Shown: positions 1-13,058, counted from the first letter of the whole stretch. The stretch: 63,727 nt of DNA, filler included, from Dugesia japonica (GCA_001938525.1; 6 parts of 6 records of this genome joined end to end with filler, not necessarily neighbours in it); one strand, 5' to 3'. The notes: generated by a model from the letters alone, not told the origin. A program made the numbers and translations.

Positions 1-67
1 TTATAGGATAATCTAAATTTATTTTTAAATTATCTTCTGTTCCGACTACTAAGAATTGATGACTCAT
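1..67 (-). CDS. N-terminus of probable Polinton minor capsid (penton) protein, truncated by the window edge
   Basis: ATG at 67 gives MSHQFLVVGTEDNLKINLDYPI, which resembles polinton penton N-termini. Its position in the gene order fits. Only 22 codons are visible. Confidence 0.5.
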   Translation of the reverse strand, partial: MSHQFLVVGTEDNLKINLDYPI

Positions 68-132
68 TATTGCTAGCGATTTTCTATAGGAAAAATTTAG
101 ACTAACGTGATTTATTAACTAAAATATTTTGA

Positions 133-1016
133 CTTATATTTTTTATAAATCATGTTGGATAATAAACCTTGAGATTTTAATTTTTTACATACGGATTTAA
201 TTTCTTTAAATAAATTATTATGTCCAGATTTTGCAGCTGAAATTAATAATGTTAACTTTTCAAATAAAATAATTGGATTCCTTTTCCTTCCTTTGCCTTT
301 ATGGATTTTCCTTTTACTTTCTTTGCCTTTGTGGTTGTTGGTTCTAAACTTTTTTGTCTACCTCTTGGTTTTTGGTTTTTTATATTTCTTAAATAATTGC
401 AATATAAATCAACTTCAGTTGCTTTTACCATTTCTAAATATATTCCAATATATTTTTTTGTTTGTTCATCTGATTTTATATTTTTTTTATTTCCTGAAAT
501 TATATCTACTAAAACATCATTAAATACATGGGTTTTTTCACCTTCATCAATATAACTAAAATTTCCCCTTTTATAAAAAAATAACTCATTATCATTTTTA
601 GGAAATTTTATTGTCATGAATTTTTTATAGGGTACTTCTTTCATATTAATAGTTGTAAAATAAATTTTTGGTATTGTTAATTCTGTTAATATTTCATTAT
701 TAATTTTTAAATCAGGAAAAATAAGTGGTTGTACATCATCTTTCTTAAATATTTCAAATTTTTTATCTATGGGTTCTTCTTCCTTTATTATTAGTTGTTC
801 CTTTATTGGTTCCTTTATTGGTTGTTCTGGCATTTGTTCGGAGGTTAGCGTAGCGATTTTTGGTTCTAATGTAAGTTTTTCTAATGCTTTTATTGTTGGT
901 TTTTGTAAAAATGATAAGTTAGTTTGTAAAGTATTATAATCAAGAACTTTACTACAAAAAAAGTTATTATATTTTTCTTGAGCACTAATTAAATTTTTTA
1001 ATTCTTTAGCATCCAT
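133..1016 (-). pseudogene. Conserved Polinton protein (C-terminal L..L.LL..A..GN/H...EI motif), frameshifted near 265
   Basis: The 254-aa ORF ends ...GKGIQLF. An alternate frame continues LFEKLTLLISAAKSGHNNLFKEIKSVCKKLKSQGLL to TAA at 133-135, matching a recurrent Polinton motif. Confidence 0.7.
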
Positions 1017-1036
1017 TTCGTCTCTTTCTTGTAGAT

Positions 1037-1636
1037 TTAATGTACATCATCTTCTGTTTCTTCATCTTCGGTTTCATCTTCATCTTCATCTTCATAATCT
1101 TCTATTTCTCCTCCTTTATGTGTACTATATAGTTTTAAATAAATACCTTTTCCTTTATGAATTATTTTAAGACCTTTTTTAAATTTTTTTGTTAAACATT
1201 TAAATTTAGGATCAATATTTTTTAAATATTTATGAATCGCTGAACCTTGATATGGATTTAAATATATTCCCTGTCCTGTTGTAGTTGTAGTTGGAGTAGA
1301 TTTTTTCTGTAATTCAACCAGCTCAATTTCTTTTTGTTTTTTTATTTTTTCTAAATCTTGTACTTGTGCGGCTCTAGATTCTGTAACAGTTTTTGCAATT
1401 CCAGCTGCAACTCCAGATGCACTTGCTAAAGNNNNNNNNNNNNNNNNNNNNNNNNNNNNNNNNNNNNNNNNNNNNNNNNNNNNNNNNNNNNNNNNNNNNN
1501 NNNNNNNNNNNNNNNNNNNNNNNNNNNNNNNNNNNNNNNNNNNNNNNATTTTTACAGATTTACATTTTTTAGAATTTACTATTTTTTCTAATTCTTCTTC
1601 TGTTGGATTACTTCCACTTGTTGGATTATCTGTCAT
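1037..1636 (-). CDS. Polinton virion core/membrane-active protein (pX/pVI-like), partly in an N gap
   Basis: LASASGVAAGIAKTV amphipathic segment, a coiled coil, then two GxGIYL motifs (GQGIYLNPY, GKGIYLKLY) typical of Polinton structural precursors. ATG at 1636. Confidence 0.7.
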   Translation of the reverse strand: MTDNPTSGSNPTEEELEKIVNSKKCKSVKXXXXXXXXXXXXXXXXXXXXXXXXXXXXXXXXXXXXXXXXLASASGVAAGIAKTVTESRAAQVQDLEKIKKQKEIELVELQKKSTPTTTTTGQGIYLNPYQGSAIHKYLKNIDPKFKCLTKKFKKGLKIIHKGKGIYLKLYSTHKGGEIEDYEDEDEDETEDEETEDDVH

Positions 1637-1640
1637 TTTC

Positions 1641-4600
1641 TTAATTAACAATATGGCACATTAAGAGTCGATTTATTAATTCTAATCTAAAATGCCACAT
1701 TTCACATGTAAAACATTCAAATTGATTTCCATGGGGCGAAGTTCTAGTTGCATTATCTTCTATGATTCTTTAATCATCATATGCTATTAATGCTATTTTA
1801 TCTTGTTTTTCAATTCCAATTTCATGTAAATAAGATCTTAATGAATAATTTGTTCCATAAAATATTTTACTATGATTATTTAAAACTTCATCAAAATCTT
1901 TCATTAATAATTTATTATTTTTCTTAACACCTTTATTTCTAGAATCAAAACCTTCGATGTTATTGGTTTGATATGAATAAGCATAAGATTTTGCTTTTAT
2001 AAAATTACCTTGAGTTATTTCACAATTAGGTTTTTCATCTTTCATTTGAAATAAATTATCTCCTAGTAAACTTTCTAATTTCTCTAAATTATCTCTATGT
2101 TTTATTTCTACAAAGATACAGTCTGTATCGGTATAATGAATTTTATAATTATCTCCAATTAAAGGATCCATTTGATTGTAAATAAAATCATACATTACTT
2201 GTTTTGCATGTTCGAGGATAGTAAATCCAATATATGGAAATTTATTATATCTCAAATTACCTTTTATCATATTCATTGCTGCAACATTAGCTTCATTTAA
2301 ATCATTTAATGTGAATATTTTACTTGATTTAAAAGTTGGTTTTCTTGCAAACTTTTGATAATCTTTATCACTGTCAACAATTTCTATGTTACATCTATTT
2401 CTAATATTTTCAAGTGTCTTTCCATAGAATGCATTTAACATTAACTTATAAATGTAATCTCAGAAGACATCATTTATTCGTTTTGATTCTTTTCTTAGTG
2501 CAATTAATTTGTCTACATGATCTTTAAACCATGTAGATGTTGGCATTTTAATTTTCTTATGAACTTTTATTAGTTTCATTCCAAGTTTTAAATATAGATC
2601 TAATGTTGAACCTAGAACTGTATAATTTTTCTTGTTGAATTGATTCAATGTAAGTTTAATATTTTCCTTTCCAATTTTCTTTTCGAAACTTTTTTGGTAA
2701 TTACTTAACATCTCAGGTCTAATATTTATTCTGTCTGGACATAATGGAAAATGTATTTCTCTTGGATAATCTAGATCAACTTCATATATAAAATTTGTTG
2801 TATCTGTTGAGGTTTCATATTCTAACCCTGAGCACTCAAATAATTCACCTGTTGGTAGTGGTCTTGTCATACAACTTGCATATAAAGAATTTTCATCAAT
2901 ATATTTTATAAATGTTTCTTCTTTCCAATTTATTGGTGGAATTTTATTTTTAATTAGTGAAAATATTATATCTCCAACTTGTGCTTTATTTAATTGTCTG
3001 GTTCTTCCAAATCTAGAATTTGATTTTTCATTATTTGAAAATACTTGTCTTTCTCCTAAAACTCCAGAATATCCACCTCTAATTCCAGATTCAATTAATA
3101 AGAATTTATCATAAGTTTCAGGTTTCGCCTATTTAAGTTTAACATTTGCATTTAACATTCCAGTTTCCCATGAATATCCTGGTGCTGAATATGAATAACA
3201 AGGATCTAATTTTAAAATATTATTTAGACATGAATTTCTAAAGTTTTCAAGGAAATCAGATAATATTAAAACATCAAGTTTCATATAGTGCATCATATAA
3301 TTCCAAAGATTATCAAAATATTTAAAATCTTCTAGAAATATTTCATAATCTTCATCTGATATTTCTTTTTGTGATAGTGTATTAAAGAAATCTTCTTTCT
3401 CTGGAGTTTTATCTGATTTTAATAAATTTTCAATTTTTTGAATATTATTTCCTTTTACATATTCATATGGAAAACTAACTTTCTTCGGTCTTAAGTTGAA
3501 AGAATTTAAAATTGGATAATTATTTGATTGTGTTTATAATTTTCCCATTACTTCAACGGTTTTAAATGGAAGTAATCTTGCTGAATCTAGAAATCTAATA
3601 TTTTCATATTGAAATGAAATATAATTTTCTGATGAATGAGGTATTATTTTTTTCACTTTACCTGTGAATTTTGTTAATAATTCTCTAAAAAATAAATGAT
3701 TATCATAACTTGACGCATTATGAAAGTAAAATGGTATAAATAAATTTTTAACAGAAAGATCATTTAAGTTACAATTTGAATGTGCATATCCACGAAATTC
3801 TCCTGTGAAATGATTATGATCTAAAACTGGTTTTGCGATTATTTTATCACAATAATAACATTTTTGATCTGTAAATGTTGGATAGTTTGTGCCTGTGTAT
3901 TCTTTTATTAATTTATTTTCTTTTATATCTTGTAATTTTTTATTAGTTTCTTCTAAAAAGTTAAAGAATTCTGTATAAAGATTTTCTCCTGAAAATTCAT
4001 AATATTTTGATTCTAATAAATCTGGATATTCACTTTTAAGATAAATTCCTAAAGATATAGCTTTTTGTTTTTTAGTTTTAATATTTTTATAAGCTTCAAA
4101 ATCACCTATTAATATAAAAGGTATTTTATTTTTCATGTAAAATTTATTAAATGAATAATAATCTTTATATTCAAAAACAATGTTATTTGGTTTATGATGA
4201 ACACACATTTCTTGATGTTTTATTAAAATTTCTTCACTTGAATAACAATTCATACATCTAATACATGGATATTTTTTATTTCCATTTGCTGAAAAGAATA
4301 CAGTTAAATATCGAGATAAAACATAATGATTTTTATATATTAACAAGTTACATTTATTATCTTCTGATTTTGGATTTCTTGTGTGATGTGAAATGTGAAG
4401 TGGTTCAAGTTTTTTATTAGCATTTACTGAAAATACATTTATTTGAAAATTGTTTAATTTCTCAAATTTATTTACATCAATTATTTTCATTGGAAATGTG
4501 AAATCTGAATATTTTAAATCTGTTAAATATGGAATGTAATTACTTACACGTGTTGGATTATCAAATGGATATTTCTGAGCTAAAATTGAATATAAGAAAC

Positions 4601-5429
4601 ATTTATTATCTTCATTTTCTATATTAATAACTCCTGGTTTTGAAAATGGTAATTTAATATAAGTTGCTCCAGTTTGTGATTCATAATTAGAAAGATTTAA
4701 TTCATAATTTAATATATAGACCATGGTCCATCCTGAGCCTTCGCGATCTTCATCTTCAATATATCTTCCTAATTCTTGAAACATTTCATGTACACCATCA
4801 TCAATTTCAGTTAAAATTGTAAATGTTTTATTAATTGAGTATGATTTAAAATCTTTTTCAACATATTCATTATTTATTTCTTTTGCATATCTACATTTTA
4901 CTATCATACTTATAATAATTGCATCTTTTTTATGATTAAAATATTTTATAACAATTTGTCTCACTTCATTTTTAAATGCATTAATATTTCTAATAGGAAA
5001 AGAATATAATTTTTCCACATCATATTCCATTACTACTTTACTATTTAAAAAATAAGTTATATCAAAATCTGTGTAATGCCTAAATAAATCTCTAATACCT
5101 GCGTCATAATAAATTGCTTCTTCACCTGGAAGTTGGTCAAAATCAGCTTTAACTACCATTTGTTTATGTTTTAAAGAATTATAATGTGTTCTTGCATGAT
5201 TTTGTCTTAAAAATCTTTTATTAAAAATTTCACAGAATAATGGTACAATTTCATGATTACCACATATTGTTGCATTTAAATGAGATTGTAAATCATTAGC
5301 ACTTCTAAACATTTTATTACATTTATTACATTTAAAATTATCTGTTAATCTATAACAAGTTCTAGAACTAATGTGTCCTTTTAAACCTGCTAAATTCTTA
5401 AATGTTTTATTACAATTTTCACACTGCAT
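1641..5429 (-). pseudogene. polB: Protein-primed family B DNA polymerase (pPolB), 1262 codons in one frame with 4 internal stops
   Basis: Three N-terminal zinc fingers, EGSGW, INIENEDNKCFLYSILA, ExoI DFEA, EndoVII-type CYYC..DHNHFTGEFRGYAHSNCN and ExoII HNASSYD. Pol motifs are YIDENSLY, KLMLNAFYGK, YTDTDC and DD*R. In-frame stops at 3534 (TAA), 3129 (TAG), 2460 (TGA) and 1770 (TAA); terminal TAA at 1641. Confidence 0.95.
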
Positions 5430-5514
5430 TTTTATAAAGGAAAAATTTAATCATAGATATTAAAAAAGAGGATATTTTATATTTAAGAGGATTTATTTTA
5501 TATTTTAAAAGTAA

Positions 5515-5820
5515 TATGGGATTTGAAATATGAGTTTGATATATGGGTTTGATATATTAGTTTGATATATTTTTTATTTTTCATTTAACATTTCACATAA
5601 AATATATTTTTCATTTGACATTTGACATTTGACATAAAATATATGGGTTTGATATATGGGTTTGATATATTTTTTATTTTTCATTTGACATTTGACATTT
5701 TTTTGGGGATTTTATATTTGTTATTTGACATTTTTTTTGGGGATTTTATATTTGCTATTTAACATTTTTTTTTCATTTGACATTTCACATTTTATATTTA
5801 ACATTTTTTTTTCATTTGAA
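5515..5820. repeat. Subterminal short-repeat array of Polinton A (probable TIR interior)
   Basis: Interspersed copies of GATATATGGGTTT, TTTCATTTGACATTTGACAT and TTTTGGGGATTTTATATTTG upstream of the pPolB start. Confidence 0.75.
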
Positions 5821-6061
5821 GGGTACCCCCTTGAGTTAAAAAAGTCTTTTTCCTATTACTTATACTAATTAGTAATAACATATTGTGATGACATCATCAA
5901 TTTAATCATAAATTTATACAAAAAAACCAGATCGGTATTTGATTAAAACAAAAATAATTGTTAATAAAAATCTAATTTTGATTTCCTTTAATTTAAATAG
6001 AAAATATTTGCTATATTTATGACACACTTTTGGAAAATAATGATAAAAACTAGATATTGGT

Positions 6062-6094
<33 letters not shown>

Positions 6095-6507
6095 GTTTAT
6101 TAATTTTCTATTGCGTTTTCTTTCTATTATAACTCGAATAATATTAGCATTAATAACAATAATAATAAAAGTAATAATAATAATAAAGTATTATTTGATA
6201 ATACTAAATATAATATAAATATTCAGATTACTAATTGAAATACAGTTTTTTTTGGAAATTGTTTAAAAATATGTAAATTGAATTTATGCAAATGAGATGA
6301 ATTTGAGATCATTTAAATCAATCATACAAACAATAATTTATTTTCNAAATAAGAATTAAACAAGATTTATTTCAAGAAGGTTCTTTAATATAATTTAATT
6401 AGTTGATAAGATTGAATGTATGATATAAACCAGAAGAATTATATTTAATATCGAATTATGTCGACTATACTTTCAGAAAACTGATATAATTTTTTGTTGA
6501 ATAATAT

Positions 6508-9262
6508 CAGGAGTGACCAAAGCGTTGACCACGTGACTATTCCTAGTCGTTCACCTGTCTGATATGTACACATGTGATGCGCGTTCAACACAACGTGCGA
6601 GACATACCGTGTGATAGAGACAACAGGCTACAATCGGGAACTTAGACGATTATCGATGACAGTATCTTTCTGAAACCCTTTGGATCATGTCATACGTTGT
6701 ATTCCTTTAATTACCATGTTATTTTATATTATTGATTTTTTTTCTTAAATCATTAAAATTTGTTTAAATAAATTATCTTTTTTTGAAAAGATAAAATCTT
6801 TCAGTTGAAATGGGTTTTTTTCTGAAATAATTAATTCAATTTATTTTAATTTTATTCTTTTACTCACAATGATTTATTCGGCCACAAGTTTTAGTAAGTC
6901 GGAAATATATCACTATAATAATGAATGGGAACAGGAATTTGTTTTCACGATAGAAAAAAATAAATTCATTTTTATTATTTGTTTTTTAAGCGTTCCGCTT
7001 CCAAAAGGGTCAATGTTGAAAGAAACTTTACAACAGTTCATAATCAATATGAAGATAATTATTCATTTATCATGAAGTTACGGAAAGCAAAACTAGAACA
7101 ATTAATGACACAATTATATATGCAAAAGTCATTTCTTTTGAGATTAAGTATGAAGTAGAAAACATGCCTTATGGCCCAATTCAAGGTAGTTGAAATTTTA
7201 TAAAAACATATGAAGCCCTTTGAATAAGTCGAAATATGGAAAGAAAGTTTTATTAAAGCAGGAGAATTGTTGTTTCAAAGATTTGGCAATAAATGGGCAA
7301 TAAATGCATCAATAATAGAAATGTCGTTGACGAGAAACATTGTTATGCTTAGAACCGAAGCGACAAGTTGTGATTTAGAAGAGATTTTGAAAGAAAATAT
7401 TAAATGAAAGCAGATTCCTATACTAACAATTCATTTAATCAACGAATGTTACTGGTACCGCCCAGCTATCTATACTTATTTAAATGTGTTTCCAAGATAT
7501 GTCTGTCAGAGAATATCTGCTAACAATTTTACCGATGAAGGATCAAACGAGAAGTCAAGATATATAATTCGTTTATGTAATTCATTACTAAAACATCATT
7601 TCCAATAGATAAACTGGTATTGATTACGTTTCATGGAGCTCCTTCTATGGTTGGGAATCATATGGTAGAGATCTTTGTAAAAGTGATGAGGATATTAACT
7701 ACCATGACATGATTCATCACCTAAAATTGCGCTCAAAAATATTAAATTCAGATGATGTGATGAATTTCGTATTCAAAATAGCTAATTCTATTCGTGAAAG
7801 TAGTTTGGATCTTTTGCCAGAAAAAATACAAATCATATCCTCAATTGAAAAATAAGTGAATGTAGAATCTTGCTTTTCTTTCTGATGTTACAGGAAAGCC
7901 AAATCAATTAAATCTGTAACTTTAAAGAAAGAACAAAACATTGACTGAAATGGTTATTGACCTGAATACATTTAAAAGAAAACTTACATTCCTAGGAGCT
8001 CAATTGAGGCGAGGAAATTTAAAAATAATTTGAAAATATGGCAGCTAAATCTACAAATAAAATCTTATATGAATACAATCAATATGCTGATACGTCTCTT
8101 ATGAAAACATTTTGATAGAAGATTTACAAATAATTCAATATCAGAGGACATAATATTAATCATGTCATTCCGATTCGATGTTGAAACAAATATAGAGAAA
8201 TATCAATAAATTTTAGATGTTGACCAATTACTAGTTGAGAATAAAATCTTTAACTTAAAATGCGATATATTTTGGAAATAAAGAGCTTCGTCTCAAAATA
8301 ATTATTGGAATTTACTTTATGAAGAAAAATATCTATGTTTATGGAGATGTACAGCACATTTAACAACCATTTTTGATTCTACTAACCACTGAAAAACAAC
8401 ATTTTCTACCATTAATGTAATCAAAACAAAAGACTCTTCCGTTTGACAGATAACCATATGGCACGATCTTTACGAATAGCTAAAAGTACGTATAAACAGG
8501 AATATAAACAGTTTCCGGAAATATGCAATGTCATGTTTCCAGATAAATAATTAAGTTTCCACTACTTTAATAACTTCTTAAATAACTCGAAGTGACCGAA
8601 TTTAGTTGATTTTGGTGAAATATTTTCCCGCAATGGTCAATTTTGGATTTTTTTAAATTTTGAATTTTTTAATTTACAGAAATTCGTGGGTAAGTCCATC
8701 ACCAAAATTCCACCAAAATAGGCCATTGTGAGCAAATATTTGACCAAAATTAACAGAATTCGACCACTACGCGTATACTTATAACCAAAAGTGACAAAAC
8801 CGACCATCACGAGGAAATGTCTTACCAAAATTTCTTACATTCATTAAGTTGTTCATTTTCTTTATAAATAGTCTTAGAAAATACTGAAAAAAGTCAACAG
8901 TTAGAGAAATTTTTAATATAAGTATAAATAGGGGAAAATCTTCAAAAATCGGAGGAAAGTTACTAAATTAGGGGGAAATTAGCTATGTATTCCATGTTTT
9001 AGCGCGTTCTCCGAAACATCATCACAAATAATAGATATTATGTATTTACAAAACCATTAATAAGAGAATAAAAGAACATATTGTTTTATTTATGAACTAA
9101 TAAGTTTGTGAGACAAAATAATTATTTTCCGTTGATATTATCTATATTTTTTTTCAATTTGGACTTATTTTTGGCTTTAAATTACTACTTCTAATGCTAA
9201 TAGACTGCCACCAATAATTTCAACAGTAGGTCGCCCGTAGTGGTAAAGTTTAACCACTTCTG
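6508..9262 (+). mobile_element. Degenerate hAT transposon (GTF2IRD2/SPIN/Charlie-like) with decayed transposase at ~6870-8550
   Basis: Ends CAGGAGTGACCAAA...TTTAACCACTTCTG, with 8-bp flanks AATAATAT/AAAATTAT (6/8 match). Remnants include EWEQEFVF..IC and a C-terminal dimerisation region (F.ST....FS..N.IK...LTD.H....LR...MQCH.S). Confidence 0.8.
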
Positions 9263-10329
9263 AAAATTATCATATTTCATGCGTTTGTTTTAATGTTTTT
9301 ATTTTGTACTAGTAAAATTCATGAAAATTATTTTATATGAAGTGGAAGCTTTAAATAATATTGGTTAACATCAAAACAATGAAATTTCACTTCATTTCTT
9401 AACAATCATCTAGAATTATTTAAATTGATGGTAATTAATAATTTTTTTTATTTATTAATTATTATTTATTAGATGTTTTTTATCAACACATGTAATTTTC
9501 TATGGTGGTTAGTAACCTAAATTGTTAAAAAATATTTATTAGACTTTTGTTTGTTTTTATTGTTTATTTTGTAATAAACAGAAGTATCATCGAGCTAAAT
9601 TTTCAGATTCTCAAATATAGGTTTTCTAAAAATTTTAGAATCCATATTCCAAAGAAAACTAATAGTAAATCCATAAAGTATTATCCATAACGATAAGCGG
9701 GTGGTTCTTATTTTATTGTTATGTGAGCACTTGATAGATAAGTGATTGTATATTAATTATGTCAACAATTTTCAGACAATTATTAACATCTCTACCCTTG
9801 TCAACAATTGTCACACTTCTTTAACCTCCCATAATTTGGTCAATTAATGAACAACCCCAGGCCAACAGTTTAAATTCTTAAACATACAAACAAGAACTCA
9901 TACCAGGCATGAGTTTGTAAGTAAATATTGAAAACAAAGTTACAAAAAACTGTTTGTTTGAAAGCTGATTTTAATTCAAGTGCTTATTGGTATTACGTAA
10001 TAATTTATAATCTATTTAGAATTTATTTCTAAACGTTTATTCATTAAAAGTAAAATCAATCTTTTTTTCTTGTTATCAAAAACATTTAAATCTGAATATT
10101 ACAATTCAGCAAAATTATAATTAATGTATCAATAACACTATAATAAATAAGAATAAAATTAATAATTTTTAATAATTTGAATTTGAATTACACTTTTAAA
10201 AATTAATTAATATAATCATATATCCAAAATTAAAAATATAGAAATAAAATTTTTAGATGCTTTTAGACTTGAAAAACAAATTAAGCATAAAATATATATA
10301 ATCTAAAACACAAAATGGCATTGTAACAA

Positions 10330-11020
10330 ATATATATAGCTTTTGAGGAATCAGTTATGCAATTATGTCTGAGCACTAAAATCATACACACATTCAAACA
10401 GTCAATCATGCATTCACCTATTATCACATACATATATCAATTTACTTATATAAAAAATATTCTATTTTCTAAATTTTTAAAATTTTTGGAATTTTCATAG
10501 TTATTCAAATTGTTTATTATTCTTTTGCGTTTTAGATTTCTTTCATATAAATTTTTTTATCATTCCCAACAATCCATTCTTTGTGTAAATTTTTCCCAAA
10601 ACCCATTTCAACTGGAGATACATTCATCGTTCTCTGAATTGTGGTGTTCATCATAAATTATATTTCTGGTAAAATTCCGGCCCAGTTCCGCATTTTTTTT
10701 ATCCTGTAAACTAATATGAATAGTATCTCTTATATTTCGAAATTGTCTTTCAATTATTCCATTACTACTATGATAATATGGACTTGAGTATTGGATTTCA
10801 CAATTAAATTCCTTAGCTAATTGTTGGAATAGATTTGACTCAAATAATTTTCCACGATCTGTATGTATTATTCTCGGTGTAACATATTTCGAAATCCAAT
10901 TATTTTTAAATATTTTAACACTGGTTTTTCAATCTTGATGTGCAACTGCATTGAGATATAAAAATCTACCGAATTTTTCAATTATAGATAAAATGCATTG
11001 TTTTCAAAGATGTCATCAAC
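10330..11020 (-). pseudogene. Gypsy/Ty3 integrase fragment
   Basis: WISKYVTPRIIHTDRGKLFES...YSSPYYHSSNGIIERQFRNIRD...W...LPEI..MMN rve core on the minus strand. Confidence 0.88.
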
Positions 11021-11289
11021 TGGAATACTAATAATTTTTTCTTTTGTTTCAGTTGTCTGTGTTTTTCTTAATTATAATTTCTTTTCTGTCAGGAATTTTA
11101 TTGGTTACTCACGTTTTTTGCCATTTGATGGGTTGGAATTTTTCGGTTTGTGATTAAGTAATTTTAACAGTAATATTGCAACTTGATTGGTCGAAAATTG
11201 TATATTTGTGTGTTGATTACTCACTGGTGTTGTCATGGTTATGTAACTATTACTTAATCATTACATAAAAATTATGTTTGTTTTAATTG

Positions 11290-11545
11290 ATGAAATTTTA
11301 TGACTTTTTAGTTTAAATTAGGTCAAATTATTTATTTTTTGTTTAAATTAATTAAAATTAATTATTTTGGTTTAAATTGCGTGAATTTATGTATGTTTTG
11401 TTTGAATGAAGTGAAATTAATGATTATTTTTTTAATTAAACGAAATTAATGATTTTTTGATTAAATAAGGTGAAATTAGTGATTTTTTGATTAAATTAGA
11501 GGAAATTAATGATTTATGGCAGTGTGGTACTATCTATCTACTACT
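11290..11545. repeat. ~30-bp degenerate tandem array ending in a Polinton-like terminus motif
   Basis: About 7-8 units like GTGAAATTAATGATTTTTTGATTAAATTAG, followed by TATCTATCTACTACT. Confidence 0.7.
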
Positions 11546-13058
11546 ATATAACAGATCAATGAGTTAATTGATACGAGAATACTGAGTCACTTCCAAACCT
11601 TTTGTGACGCAAATGAATCCTGTTGTGTAATGAAAGTATCTGAAATTTGATATTTTAATAGATTTTTGTTCAAATTGGGTCAATGTGGATCAAAGTTTTG
11701 TCTAATTTTGGCCGATTTTTGTGTGATGTGGGCAATCTTGGTCAGAAAAATGTCGGCATAGTCAATGTTTGTAGATTTTGGATAATTTTGGTTAGCAATT
11801 TCTTCGGGATGGTCAAATTTTGGTTAATTTGGTTAAATGTTTTATGGAAATTTTGGGGGAAATTCGATTTTGTTTAAATAATAAATAATTTTCAAAAATA
11901 ATTTCATTTGTAATGAGCGATAAATAAACAGATCGATGATCAAATTTGTGATACTTTTAATTTATTTTATTTTTTTCAAAACTCAGTTTTGGTTCGAACT
12001 ATGTAATGAATCATTTATTTTACACTTGTATTTTATCCTCCATGTATACAGTTTGATGATTTTTAACTGTAATATTCTTACTCAACATAAAATTCTCTAT
12101 CAAATAGATGGGTTGATGTTAAAATTCGAGATACTTTTCAAAACTCCTGGTATAATGTTCTTCTGTGAAAATTTCAAATTTCCGTGGGAGAAATTAATAT
12201 TAAGAACTTGTTTTCAATTTATTTCACCAAAGTGATGACGATTTTATGTAATTTTATTCTTACTTATTGAAATGTTCACTATCGAATGGCTAGAGTGATG
12301 ATTTAATTTGAGTTATGTTTAATTTTTATAAATATCGAATTTGAAATATTATTTAATTATTGAGAAATAAACTTTAACTTATTTCAAAATAATTTCTTTT
12401 GTCAAATTTCACAGTCTATTTTCTTGATTAGTGAAACATTCTGCATTGAATAGTTCATGAATCATTAAATTTGGAGCTAAAATTATAAAAAGAATTTCAT
12501 TTGTGTTGGTTAAGTATCCTCGGGATTTTTGACCACGTTTTTTTAATCTTTCTCTGCCAAAATTTAGTTTAACAGTTTTAGGTAATGTTGTTTTTTAATA
12601 AGCTAGTAATTCTGCGTCAAATTATGTATGTTTCGATACAAATTGAGAAGAAATATTTTCAAAGTATTTCAGATTTATCAAATTTTCCTTGGCCTCCAAT
12701 GATTAAAATATAAAATTTCCGATATTATCATTACACCAAAAGATTAAGCTGCGTTATGCGCTCACATCCATGTACTAATTCAGTGGTTAACAAGTAAAAA
12801 TTCATCTATTACAATTTCTTATCAAGATATCTGATGTTTATGGGTGCTAGAATATTATTTTTAGTTTTACTAGAGCAGTATTTTCCAAATATTTCCTGTG
12901 ATGGAACATCCAATAAATTCTGTAATGGTAATGTAATACCTTTTTTCCATTATTAATTATTAATTAATTATTAATTCTACTTTTCCTTATACCGTTTGAA
13001 AAATAAAAAGGTAGAAAAAGAAAAAGTCAACAAGTTACATCGTCAATATATGCACTAT

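Larger units (their letters stand above)
1..5866 (-). mobile_element. Polinton/Maverick element A (endogenous adintovirus-like), one end; runs off the window start
   Basis: Co-oriented minus-strand cluster of pPolB, a GxGIYL-repeat structural protein, an LLISAAKSGHN-motif protein and a penton start. It is followed by subterminal repeats and a candidate ...TTACT/TATACT terminus at 5860 or 5866. Confidence 0.92.

Noticed and set aside
293-523. Hydrophobic 76-aa plus-strand ORF
   Set aside because: Antisense shadow of the Lys-rich minus-strand Polinton gene.
1641-5429. Stop-codon reassignment or readthrough in pPolB A
   Set aside because: The internal stops are of all three types (TAA, TAG, TGA), and TAA also ends neighbouring genes. 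Nonsense mutation is the simpler explanation.
11290-11520. CRISPR-like array (also considered for 5515-5820 and 28090-28430)
   Set aside because: Degenerate head-to-tail repeats without unique spacers, no cas genes, and a eukaryotic context.
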